DNA from: Neodothiora populina
Lineage: Eukaryota
DNA length: 64,000 nucleotides
Direction: 5' to 3'
NCBI RefSeq assembly: GCF_041146345.1
Contig: NW_027191411.1
Coordinates: 1,612,001 to 1,676,000, forward strand
Shown: positions 1-11,389 of the stretch, one piece after another
How positions within the stretch are numbered: the stretch's first letter is position 1
How the letters are laid out: every line of letters starts with the position of its first letter
Position numbers and translations under genes: made by a program
Notes under the pieces: model-generated
Told to the model about the DNA's origin: nothing
What the model saw: the letters and a program-made list of their open reading frames with translations, nothing else
Databases searched by the model: none

Positions 1-373
1 TTTATGTTCCTAAGCAAAAGAAGCTACTTATCTAATTAAAGGGTCAAGAATTATGCGCGCTCAATTCCGCGCCGCAGCCGCCATAATAGCTGCATTTCTA
101 ATAGCGGGCATCGCTTTCGGTCTTGCAGACACATCCAGCCCATTGATAGCAGCAACAATGTCTATTCTAGCGCCCTTTACTACCAAGTTACAACGGGTTG
201 TTTGTTCAACTGCCCCACATCTCCATACCGCCCTTCGAGTATCTGCTTCGTCAGCCCTCCATTCTTCTTATACCACTTCGTCCTCTGCTGCTTCTTCGAT
301 TCCTGCAGTCACTTCTTCTTCTCAATCATCCTTCACACAACAATCTACTCGTCGCCCTTACAGCACAGAAAAA

Positions 374-1120
374 ATGGCCAACAAGATGTCTTTCCTCGAG
401 GCTGTGGAGAACCGCCGCTCCATCTACCCTCTTACCGACAAGATCCCCATCAGCGACGCCCGCGTCCAGGAGCTCGTCACCGAGGCCATCAAGCACGTTC
501 CCTCCTCCTTCAACTCCCAGTCCACCCGTCTCGTTGTTCTCCTGAACGAGGAGCACCAGAAGTTCTGGGAGTACGTCAAGGACGTTCTCAAGCCTCAGAT
601 GCCTGCCGAGAACTTCGCCCAGACCGAGGGCAAGCTCAACATGTTCAAGGCCGCTCACGGAACCGTAAGTTTTGCCAATTGAAGGACCTACGTTATTTTT
701 GTTTCAGTTGCTGACTTGAGACTTACACAGATCCTCTTCCTTGACGACCCTGCTCCCGTCAACGAGCTCGCCAGCAAGTTCGCCCTCTACGCACAGCACT
801 TCCCTGGCTGGGCCCTCCAGTCCAACGCCATGCACCAGTTCGCTCTCTGGACTGCCCTCGAGGCTGAGGGATGCGGCGCTAACCTCCAGCACTACAACCC
901 CATCATCGACCAGAAGGCCAAGTCCGAGTGGTATGTGTTTTCTCGAGTCCCGTCAAAAAGACAGACGTGCTGACTTTGTGTTTGTAGGAACATTCCTCAG
1001 GAGTGGGACCTCCGCGCTCAGCTCGTCTTCGGTGGCCCAGCCGAGGGTGCCCGCGAGAACCTCTCCCCTAAGCAGTTCCAGCCCGTCGAGGAGCGCGTCA
1101 AGGTCTACGGTGCCAAATAG
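374..1120 (+). CDS. Nitroreductase, fungal Frm2/Hbn1 family; 3 exons (374-664, 731-930, 988-1120); possible N-terminal extensions from in-frame ATGs at 158 and 53
   Basis: Motifs FLEAVENRRSIYPL, HVPSSFNSQSTR, WTALEAEGCGANLQHYNP and WDLRAQLVFG; introns 665-730 and 931-987 are GT-AG with CTGAC branch sites; strong codon bias from 374. Confidence 0.93.
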
Positions 1121-1875
1121 ATGTCTTTATTGGACCGATCAGGAAAACAACATTAACGAATAACGCAATATCCGGCGCATATCGTCAAGAGGCGATATTG
1201 CGTCAAAGTGGTGGAGTAGAATATACAGATCCGTAAATTAGAACAAATCTCCCCGCATTTTTCATTTGCAGCGTACTTGACGTGTATCGTTGATGTAAAA
1301 AGTGGAAATGCAAAAGGCTTCTGACAAACCAAAAACTTATTGATGTTGTGACTTCACTAAGGTAGGTCATTGCTTTAGCAAAGCTCCTGGAGCTTGCCCT
1401 GAGATGTGGTAAGGCTTCCAGACCCCTTGAGCTAAACGTGAACCGCTAGTAAGCGAGGCACGGCAAGATTCCACCTCTTTCATGCAAGCCTCAATGTCGA
1501 AATCCAAGTAGGTCAATGGTGGATCATCACTACAAGACATCACGCGATCGATCACAAGAGCCCCAAAAAGGGAGATACAGTGATATAATCATGCGCAGGA
1601 TTGTAGCATAATCCCACTGTAACACCACAGTGGCACTGTACAAGTAGGTAGCGACAGCCGCACTCCGATACATTCGAGGAATCCAGTACGTACTTTGTAC
1701 TTTGGACAACGGCGCCAAGCGAGAGTTTCTTTCCTAACACAGCAGCTTTGTACAAGCGTCCCTTCACGTTAGTACCCAAGAAAAAAAGGTGCTTGTGGAT
1801 ATTGGCGAGGGCAAAATAGTATTTTTGTTACTTAACATTTTCCCAATATTGCCTAACGACAGGACAATGGTGAGA

Positions 1876-1885
1876 ATGACGCCTT
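1876..1885 (+). promoter_or_regulatory. Possible MetR/CYS-3 sulfur-regulator site upstream of the methionine permease
   Basis: ATGACGCCTT is a 9/10 match to the CYS-3 consensus ATGRYRYCAT and lies ~210 bp upstream of the permease ATG; could be chance. Confidence 0.2.
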
Positions 1886-2087
1886 CGAAAGAAAGATCGC
1901 GTCAGTGTCGTCCCCCAGTTGTAAAAAACCCTTTCGTTGTTATTGTAGAAATATATCATCATGTAGGTCTGAGAAGAAGGAAAGAAAAAGCATTCCACCG
2001 TTTGTTTCATTCACCTTTATCTCTTCTGTTATGCTTGACTTTGTATAACGTGTGCTTCTGCTCTGAACTTTGAAGAAAGAGGAAAAG

Positions 2088-3872
2088 ATGGGTCGCCTTT
2101 TCTCAGTTGGCTCTCCTGCCTCGAGCAGGACTTCTGATGATGCTGCCTCTGGTGACAAGGCCCCTGGAGTTCATGATTCAGAGGCCTGGGACGAGACCCC
2201 CCATGGCGATGTCTACCATACTAGCGAGTCGCGAAAGCAGATCGGCCTGATCAGTGCCATCTTCCTGTAGGTGTCGTTCGTTTTCTATCACAAGCCCATG
2301 GCCATTGGATGCACACGTGCATGTATACATCCAGTGTAAACCCATCATATCTAACAAGTCATGACCCAACAGCATCTTCAATCGAATGATCGGTACCGGC
2401 ATCTTCTCCACGCCGAGTACCATCCTAAACCAGTCCGGCAGCGTGGGCCTCGCTCTCTTCATGTGGCTCGTCGGCATGCTGATAGCATGCGCCGGCATGG
2501 CCGTCTACCTCGAATTCGGCACAGGACTGCCACGCAACGGCGGCGAGAAGAACTACCTCGAGTTCGTCTACACGAAGCCCAAGTTCCTCGTCACAGGCCT
2601 ATACACAGGCTACGTGGTGCTGCTGGGCTGGGCAGGCAGCAACAGCATCGTGTTCGGTGAATACATCCTCAACGCCGCCAACGTGGAAGTGACGCGGTGG
2701 AACCAGCGCGGCGTCGGTCTCGCCTGCATCACCGCCGCCTTCCTGATCCACGGTCTGGCCCTCAAATGGGGTCTGCGTCTGCAGAACCTCCTGGGCTGCA
2801 TCAAGCTCATCATCCTGCTCATCATCATCTGCTCGGGCTTCGCAGCGCTCGGCGGCCGCCTCAAGGTCGACAAACCGCACAACTTCACCAACGCCTTCGA
2901 GGGCACCACGGGCTCCGCCTACGGCGTCGTCAACTCCCTCTATAATGTCATCTGGAGCTACATCGGGTACAGCAACGCAAACTACGCAATGTCGGAGATG
3001 AAGAACCCCGTGCGCACGCTCAAGATCGCCGCGCCCACTGCGATCGCTATCGTCGGCGTGCTGTACATGCTGGCGAACATCGCGTACTTCGCCGCCGTCC
3101 CCAAGGACGAGATCCTGTCATCAGGCCGCATCCTCGCCGCGTCCTTCTTCCGCAACGTCTTCGGCCCCAAAGCCGAGCGCGCAATGAGTGTTTTCGTCGC
3201 GCTGTCGGCGTTCGGAAACGTGCTCAGTGTCATTTTCTCGCAGGGCCGTCTGGTGCAGGAACTCGGTCGCGAGGGTATCCTTCCGTTTTCGCGTCTTTGG
3301 GCTAGTAATAAGCCTTTCAATGCGCCGTTCATGGGTCTCTTTGAGCACTGGTGCGTTTCGGTCATTATCATGCTTGCGCCGCCGCCTGGTGATGCGTATA
3401 ATTTCAGTAAGTGGATACACATACACACTCAGAGGCAGATCTGTTAGATTTCTCTTTCTAACCAACACCCCCAGTTGTGAACCTGATCTCCTACCCGCTG
3501 AGCGTCGTCAATGTCTTCGTCTCCCTGGCTCTTCTGTGGCTCTACACACACCGCGAGCAGTACAACTGGCACCCACCGACGCGCGCCACTTTCCCCGTCG
3601 CGCTGTTCTTCCTGCTCTCCAACATCTACCTCGTCATTGCGCCTTTCGTGCCGCCAGAGACGCCCGAGCAGAATGTCTATGAGTCTCTGCCTTACTATCT
3701 TCACTGTGTGGTGGGATGGGGCATTATTGCTGCAGGCGGCGTTTACTGGGTCATGTGGGCAAAGGTCTTGCCCAAGCTCGGGCATTACAAGTTGGAGAAG
3801 CGCGTTGTGGAAGGTGGAGATGGGTGGTCGCGGAATGCCTTTGTTAGGATACCGCTGGCGAAAGAGTCATGA
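2088..3872 (+). CDS. MUP1: High-affinity methionine permease, APC/LAT family (Mup1-like); exons 2088-2266, 2373-3406, 3475-3872
   Basis: IGLISAIFLIFNRMIGTGIFSTP, EFGTGLPRNGGEKNYLE, WSYIGYSNANY and GREGILPFS; many TM segments; canonical introns restore the frame. Confidence 0.9.
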
Positions 3873-4108
3873 GAGTAAAATAATGCTGATGATAGTGTGT
3901 ATTATGAAACCAAAAATTGTAATCTTGTTTTCTTCGACTCCCTCCCTACTTTCAGGATACGGACGTCTTCGTCGGGAGCATAATGAATAGAAAATAATCT
4001 ACTGTGGACGTTGACTCACTTCCTACAGATGTGTCAATAATGTTCAACGACCATAGAACGCTTCCTCCTTCCACCTCAGCAAGCAAGAGCTTGCGGCCCC
4101 AAGCTACA

Positions 4109-7100
4109 TCAAACGATAGCTGGCGAAGAGCCAATGCCAGTGGGAGCGGATGGCCCTGAGACAGTATTCTTCGAGCTCAGCCAGTCGTCAACCATCTTCT
4201 GTGCGGGAGAGGCATTGCCACTACTGCTGCTCGTGCCATTTGCTGGAACGATTGGGGCTCGAGGATAACCTCTTGAGCTTGTGGGTCGAGAAGAGTGATA
4301 GACCGAAGTGCCTTTGTCTATCACGCCCGTATGTAAAATCGAAGGAGGAACGTCATTTTCCTTGTTCGTTGCCGATGACTGGCGATACGGTCCTTCAGAG
4401 ATCATGCGAAGTGTGTCATCGTCCTGAAGCAAGGCAGACATAGGCTTGCGTTTGATTATGATATTGCTACTGCCATTACTATCCTTTCCGCGATACACGG
4501 CACGGAGGTCAAACGCGGATTTGTGGCTAGCTTTGGTTGGGCGCTCCGAGTTTGTCACTTCTCCAATCGCTTGGCTTGGTCTTCGACGAGAACTACCAAG
4601 TAATGCAGTCGAATGTCGTTCGCGAACCCTAGGACTAGCGTTGATGGGTGTGCCGCCAGAGATTTCGTTTGTATACCGTGGGAGCGTGCTGGATCGGTCG
4701 CGTGAGATCTGTCTGTCGTCTGTCAGGACCTCTGAGCAGCTCGGCAGACCGTTGTGTCCACGTATTGCTCTACTTGATGGAGCTTGGCTGCGCTCAGAAC
4801 TAGGTACGCGTCCCGTCTCGACAATAGGATAGCGTTCATTCATAATGCTCGACCGACGATTCCTGAACGCAGGTCGTCGATTCCTTGCATCGCTAGTGAC
4901 CGGCTCTTCGTGATGACAGTCCCTCGACATTGTCTCACTGCTACTATCAAGCATCTTTGCTGACTTGTGAGGGAGGGTCGAGCCTATCGACAGACTGCCA
5001 CTTTCTTTGATGTCGGGACTTTCGTCGTGACCAGTCAAAGACAACGCCTCGGGAGTATGAGTAGCAGAAAATTCTTGCAACTCGGTGTTCAACCAGGCTC
5101 TCCAGTCATGACTAGGTTTGGCTATATAACTATCCTCTGGGCTGCGCTTCGAGGGTGAGTCAAGGGAGTAACGCTTCACCTCACGACCAGTGATTGTGAT
5201 AAATGTTCCATAGTCCGTGGGACGCATTTCCGGGGTCGCTGATCTATAGTCTTCCGTCCTCGAGTATACACTTGGAGAGACTATGTTGGACCTAGTGGCT
5301 ACTTTCGTAGCTGGAGCTTCTGCCGCTGCCACGTCTCGAGCTGATCGGTCATGGTGCACAGCTACGGGGAGATAATCCAACACTGGCGTAGCCGATATCA
5401 AATGCAGGCTGTATGGATCTTCTTCCTCAATGATGTACCGTGTAGCTTTGGATATATTCGGTGAGTGCTCTTCCAAGGCTGATTGCCAGCGATTCTGAGA
5501 TTTGGCCAGTCTGCTGGCTAGCTGGTTGTGGGATGGTCTTGCTCCTTTATCGTTTTCCTCATGCTGTGGCTGCGGCAAGGCAGGAGGTACCGAATCTTGC
5601 ATTGGTGGGTTGATCTTTGCACGGCTCGTCCAAGATGGCTTCCTCGAGATGTTCGACAGTGGAGCAGGTACCAGGTTCTGAGATGACTCGGAAAGACCTT
5701 GGAGAGAAGCGATCGCCCTTTCGTCCTCTGAACAGACTTGTCTGATCGTAGGCGGCGGGACTATCTCGCTAGGAATATCGGCAGGTTTACCATGGCTTCT
5801 TCTTGGTAGATACTCCTTTAGTACCGTCTCTGTCGCAATAACATCGTCGTTGATCGAGGTAGCCATCGTAGTCGGGGTCAGTTCATCTGGACCCAGAATC
5901 TGCTTTTGAAGTGCTTCATACAAGTGCTGGCTGTCTTCAGACTTGCGTGGTAGATCCGCCGTACTTAGCTTACGTAGAGGCAACCTGAGAGCTCTTCCCA
6001 AGAATGACCCACGGCCCTGCTTCGAACCAATGTTTGTCCCGTTTTCGAGTCCAGTCATCATGCCGCTTTCATCAATGGAGGAAAGTGTGGCAGTTTGGCG
6101 ATTTGTTTCGGTGCCGGTGGAATTGGTCCAGCTTGTGACCCGCGACTTCTCCGTGGCGGCATCGCCATTACTTTGAGAGCTCGTTGAACTACTTTGTCGT
6201 GTGTCAACAGTAACTGGCGGGGATAACGTTGGGCAAAGCAAAGATGGGCTAGATCGTTGTTCCACAACCAGTATGTGCTCGAAACTCTTTCCTTTACTTG
6301 TCTGGTAATGCTGTGACTGTGCCTCGACATGTTGTGCTGGAAACACGGTCCGGCTTCGTTTGGATTTGCCCATCAGCTTCTGTAGTCTGCTCTTCAATGA
6401 GTCTGAGACACTGCGTGCTCTCGGTTGCTTTGCAACCTGAAGTGGCTGTGTGTGTTCCATGCCATGATTCAAAGATGCAGCAAACACATCGTCTGACTCG
6501 ATAGCCGAGTTGAACGGAGGGACGCTATTGTCGTGAGATATTGCTTCTACAGGAGTAATCTCCTTTGTTAGGCGCTTCTTGAGTGGTGCTATGAAAGATT
6601 TGCGAACATTTAATTTCCGCTGATGGAAATCTTGCAAGTAAGCATCCCAGGCAGCCACCTTGATCGATTCATCGGTTTGCATCTCCCGAGGATTTGGTCT
6701 GCGAGAGTCAGTCCAGGACGAGGCAGCATAGTCCATCGGAGGCGGATCTTTTGACTCGATTGCTGTCCTGTATGGTGTGTCTGGGTAGTACGTGTTACGA
6801 TGAGACTTCTCGAGAACAGATGTTTGATCTCGGGTGACTGCAGGGTCATATATTTCTGATTGTGACTTGCGTATATGCACTTGACCCCTATTGCCGACTC
6901 GAGAGCTCTGTCGTTCGGGCACAGTCTGGAAGGAGCTGTCTGTAGCGATCATTTTCCTACGCCGAGTGATGATTGTAGTTCCTGCACTGGCAGTTGATGA
7001 AGCAGTCTCGGAGACATCTTTGGATTCCTGCTGCTTCACACACGGATGTTCAGATATTGCATCCGCTTGCTTTGATCCTAATCGATTACCACTGCGATTC

Positions 7101-7351
7101 TGTTCGAAATGGCTTCCTTCGGATCTCCGAGATGCTCCTATTCGGCGCTTATGAGTCCTCGCTGAAACTTGCTGGTGATCAAGGTATTCAGTTTGTTCAC
7201 ACGCTCGTCTATATGCCTCGATTGCAGCGAGCGCTGCATGTTTCGGATCGATGACAGGGTTCTTGCTTGCGTGCGTCTTCTGGTTGACAGTTGGAGATGA
7301 TTTGGCACGCCTGAGTCGGAGTCCAGCATCGCTGCTGGCGCGGGAGAGCAT
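4109..7351 (-). CDS. Uncharacterised Ser/Arg/Pro-rich, probably disordered fungal protein (~1080 aa)
   Basis: Uninterrupted ORF of >1000 codons; likely start MLSRASSDAGLRLRRAKS at 7351, preceded by an acceptor-like ctcgcag, so an upstream exon or 5'UTR intron is possible; no recognisable domain. Confidence 0.8.
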   Translation of the reverse strand: MLSRASSDAGLRLRRAKSSPTVNQKTHASKNPVIDPKHAALAAIEAYRRACEQTEYLDHQQVSARTHKRRIGASRRSEGSHFEQNRSGNRLGSKQADAISEHPCVKQQESKDVSETASSTASAGTTIITRRRKMIATDSSFQTVPERQSSRVGNRGQVHIRKSQSEIYDPAVTRDQTSVLEKSHRNTYYPDTPYRTAIESKDPPPMDYAASSWTDSRRPNPREMQTDESIKVAAWDAYLQDFHQRKLNVRKSFIAPLKKRLTKEITPVEAISHDNSVPPFNSAIESDDVFAASLNHGMEHTQPLQVAKQPRARSVSDSLKSRLQKLMGKSKRSRTVFPAQHVEAQSQHYQTSKGKSFEHILVVEQRSSPSLLCPTLSPPVTVDTRQSSSTSSQSNGDAATEKSRVTSWTNSTGTETNRQTATLSSIDESGMMTGLENGTNIGSKQGRGSFLGRALRLPLRKLSTADLPRKSEDSQHLYEALQKQILGPDELTPTTMATSINDDVIATETVLKEYLPRRSHGKPADIPSEIVPPPTIRQVCSEDERAIASLQGLSESSQNLVPAPLSNISRKPSWTSRAKINPPMQDSVPPALPQPQHEENDKGARPSHNQLASRLAKSQNRWQSALEEHSPNISKATRYIIEEEDPYSLHLISATPVLDYLPVAVHHDRSARDVAAAEAPATKVATRSNIVSPSVYSRTEDYRSATPEMRPTDYGTFITITGREVKRYSLDSPSKRSPEDSYIAKPSHDWRAWLNTELQEFSATHTPEALSLTGHDESPDIKESGSLSIGSTLPHKSAKMLDSSSETMSRDCHHEEPVTSDARNRRPAFRNRRSSIMNERYPIVETGRVPSSERSQAPSSRAIRGHNGLPSCSEVLTDDRQISRDRSSTLPRYTNEISGGTPINASPRVRERHSTALLGSSRRRPSQAIGEVTNSERPTKASHKSAFDLRAVYRGKDSNGSSNIIIKRKPMSALLQDDDTLRMISEGPYRQSSATNKENDVPPSILHTGVIDKGTSVYHSSRPTSSRGYPRAPIVPANGTSSSSGNASPAQKMVDDWLSSKNTVSGPSAPTGIGSSPAIV

Positions 7352-8445
7352 CAGTGACCTGCGAGAGTGATTACAAGGATAGAGCAAGCAGCGTGAGTAT
7401 TGTTTCACATATGTGAGGTCTAAATTATGCAGTGCTCGAGGCGAAGCGATGCTTGTTAGTAGATGCAAGTATGCCTTCGAGATTCATATTTACAGAGGGA
7501 AACAGGTGATCAGAGAAGGAGATGCTGAGGTGTCGTTCTATACAAATCGGGTAGTATCGTTTTGAGGGAAGGCTCGACGGAGACCTAGGTACCCATGCTG
7601 ACATGCAGACACATGCACCCTTCTAGAGATCTCTGTTAAAGCCCACCTTACGTCTTGAGGTAGGTAAGATACCTGTTCGGAAGTACTGATTCATCTTGTC
7701 TCAACCAGGTAGTATGGTATCGTTTGATTTTATCTTGCTTAGCTGATGTGGCAGGCATTGCGTCTTCACCTACCGAAACTCTGTGTATGCATCACATCCG
7801 CAATACTCATCACAGAGCTACCTATAGCTCAAGCTAAGTTATTCTTGTCAGGATCCGGAAAATGTGATTTCCTTGCGGTCGGGACCTCAGGTGTAGTTGT
7901 CAACGACGGAGAGCGCAAACGTGGTGAGCAAGGTGATCAAGGCAAATCTGGTAGCGTTATGTAAAGATACACGACTTCCCGCGACTTGATCGAAATGTCC
8001 CCATGGGCCGCATACACTAGTATGAAGATATGCCTTGATTGGCTCATCCTCTGATATGCGGGACAACATCTATCACTACAAGGTCACCATTAATTCGATT
8101 GAATGATGTAAATATAGAATTATCGCAAGTCATTCAGCTTCCACGTCTATCTGAGCTATAAAAAACCATGACTTAATCTCAAAAATGCAAACGGCCAAGG
8201 GACCCATTACTTCGAACGGGACTCATCTCGTGCCATGTATGATGACCAAAGATGCCAGCCTCATCAGGCCTCTACGCCAATGCAATGCACATCGCGATAC
8301 CATATCGAATCGGCATAATGGAAGCTCATGTGTGGGGATCTTCTGAAAGATCGTCCTATAGCTATGACAGACAACATCGTTATAGCAAATCGAGTGTGCC
8401 ACACACACACACCCAGATTGATTCATGTCATGTCGTAAGACTCCT

Positions 8446-10060
8446 TCACTCCTTCTGGGCCTCAATCCACTTGGCGACATCAGCCTCAAGGTGGCTGAAC
8501 TCCTCACTGATCTTCTCAGTGACGCTGTCGCGCATGATGTCGAGCTTCTCCTTGAGGGAAGAGGCATCATTGCCAGAGACCTCGTAGCCACCCTGAGCGA
8601 CGATCTCGGTGTAGTTGGCTACACCAGCACCGTTCCAGGCGAGGATGTTGGCAGTGTCAGAAGGAACGTCGGAGAGAGCACCGACGGTAGCAATGGAGAG
8701 GAGGTTGGCCTTGAGCTTCTTGGGAGTAATCTCGGCGACGGCGTAGGCGGAGCCCTTGGCAGGCTGAAGAGACAGAAGGTATGCAAGAAGACCAGCAATG
8801 TGGGGAGAGGCCATGGAGGTACCGGAGATGACGTTGGTGGCAGTCTCGCTGCCGATCCAGGTGGAGAGGATGTTAAGGCCAGGGGCGAAGATGTCGTTGC
8901 ACTTTCCGAAGTTGGAGAAGTAAGCACGCTCATCGGCGAGGGTGCTAGCACCGACGGTGACGGCCTTCTCAGCAGCAGCAGGAGAGTATCTGCAAGAGTC
9001 GGCGTTGTCGTTTCCGGCAGCGACGGCGAAGTGGATACCAGCATCGACAGCAGCGTTGACGGCCTGGTCGAGAATGGTAGACTTGCCACCACCGAGACTC
9101 ATGTTGGCAGTGCTACCCTTGAATCCCTTGTGCTTGCCAGCCTTGGCAGCCTCAACCTTCTCGCTGTGTGACTCAGCAGCGTACTCAACGCCCTTGACGA
9201 CGTCGGACATGGAGCCAGAGCCGTTGGAGCGGAGGACCTTGACAGCGTGGACATTGGCCTTCTTGGCGACACCGTACTTCTTGCCAGCAACAGTGCCAGA
9301 GCAGTGGGTACCGTGGCCGTTGCCATCGACGTCCTCATCGCCCTGAGGGATGGTCTTGCCCCAGGAGGCACGGCCCTCGAAGTCAACGTGCTTGATGTTG
9401 GTGCCGGTGTCAATGACATAGACGTCGACGCCCTCACCACCATCAGAGGCGTAGAGGTACTTGTTGAAGGTGCCAAAGGTCAGGCTGTCGCGGTGGGAGA
9501 TACGAGCGAGACCCCAAGGAGCGTTCTTCTCAACGGAAGGGTCGGTGAGAGTGTGCATGACCTGATCTTTCTCGACGTAGGCAACCTGCAGGACACATGA
9601 TCGTCAGCTCGAGCTTGTAATGTGGTATTGTGCTGAGGATAGGATAGACAGTACTTACGTCCGGGTGGCGACGGACGGCCTCGATGACGTCCTCGTCAAA
9701 GTGGCCAGAGTAACCAAGGAGCGAGCCTCCGATGTTGTAGGTGTGCTTCAGACCCTCGTAGACAGTGTCAGAGAAGGGCATCTGGGAGCGCTTGCGGAGC
9801 TCCATCTTGCTGGACTTGGTGTTCTCATGTAAGTCTGCAACCCAGCTCTGGTGGGTGCTGGCAGAAGCGGCGTTGATATGGTCCTTGAAGACGACAATGT
9901 ACGAATCCTGGATCTCAGTGGCATCGACTGATGAAATCAGGGGAGCTGCATCGTTGTTGATGCTCTCGTGGCTGAAGACGTCGGACTTGAGTGACTCAGT
10001 GTTGATGATGGGGGAGGCTACCGCAAGCAGCGGTAGGAAGGCGCCAATGAATGTCTTCAT
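8446..10060 (-). CDS. PRB1: Vacuolar subtilisin-like serine protease (cerevisin/Prb1/Alp2 type; S8 domain with I9 prodomain); exons 10060-9659, 9585-8446
   Basis: Signal peptide MKTFIGAFLPLLAVA; prodomain SYIVVFK...GYSGHFDE; catalytic motifs VYVIDTG, GHGTHCSG and SGTSMASPHIAG; intron 9658-9586. Confidence 0.95.
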
Positions 10061-10565
10061 GGCCAAAGTTGTTGATGTGATGAAGATGGATGTATGAGCA
10101 AGACGGAACAATATGAAAAGCGATGGAGATGAGAGAAAGACAGCAAGATGGGGATGTTGGAGGATGAAGAAGAAGAGAAGGAGAGATGGGCTCGAGTCGT
10201 CTCTTGAGGGTTGGAGTTGGAGCTTGGGGATCGTCGGCGTCAGTCACGCGGGCGGATTGGAGATAAGCCACCTTCTACCTGAGGTACCCTCGTCATCTGT
10301 CCACTGCACCGTGGACAGATGGACCTCAATAACAGTTTGCTCTAGGCAACTAAGATAACGTCTTCGGCTTGATCTGTTGCGAGATAGCGCACGTCCCCCT
10401 TTACTCCAGACTTCCTTGATTGTTTGAGAGGTTTGGCCTCCCCATCAAGGTATATTGCAGTATCAGATGCTGTATCTCGGAGCACAGGATACACGGGCGA
10501 ACGCACCTAACCGATTAGGTTCAAGAGTTGATATGCGGAGACATGTCGGGCAGTTGTCTGCCCTG

Positions 10566-10590
10566 CTGTACTGTACTGTACTGTACTGTA
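10566..10590 (+). repeat. (CTGTA)5 microsatellite in the divergent PRB1/BEACH intergenic region
   Basis: ctgta ctgta ctgta ctgta ctgta followed by degenerate copies. Confidence 0.85.
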
Positions 10591-11389
10591 TTGTGCTGTA
10601 CAGCAGACAGCACAGTACATGTTATCATATGATGCAAGTGCTTTGTACGACACCATATCTACAGTACAAGTACATATGTCTGCTGTGCCTCACATCATCC
10701 ACCTGTCAATAGCTCTATCCCTTATGATCACAGCTCGAACATGGTCCGTCCGCCGCCATTGCGGTGTGGCGATCTCTCCAGCGACACTGAGCGGCAGGAA
10801 ATGGGTGGTAGATACCCCAAAAGCAGTGCCTGCCCCAACCTTCTCGAAGAACGCCCGGCCAAAAGCGGGCTTTGCTTTTGACTCAGGTACGAGCGAGGAA
10901 GTACGACAGTACGCTAGCGGATTTTAGATACTGTAATGCCACTGCCAAGATTCCCCGGGGTCGGGGCCCGCTTCGGTCATGTACACTATGTCCCTGTTTG
11001 AGATGTACCCGAAACTACCGCACGCCTGACGGTATACAGTACACCTGATCGAGCGTCGACCCGCCTCGCAACAGAAACGGCTCACGCGCACTCTATATGA
11101 TAACCCAAGCTTGAGAGCTTGCTGTTTTGAGATACAACGGGCAGTATTGACTGCAAGGGTGTGCTGTTCTGAGCTCTGCCTAGCATTGTCACCCACACAA
11201 CCCTGTTCCTATCAGCCTTGATGGTTGCTGGATAGAGAGCAGCACAAGACCTACGAGTAGGTTGTCCCGGTATTCTGGCCTGCGTTTGATGTGACCGCCG
11301 TGCGGCCCTCACACTCCGAGGCATTCCGGAGGTGATGATTCCTTTATCTTGTCTTTTGAAGAGAAGCTCAAACTCGTGTGCCCAGTGAG

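Noticed and set aside
8425..9600. Antisense ORFs over PRB1 (similar ones over MUP1, LMBRD1, TOS1, PEX13, ZRC1, SEC9)
   Set aside because: Explained by sense-strand codon bias; no independent domain signal.
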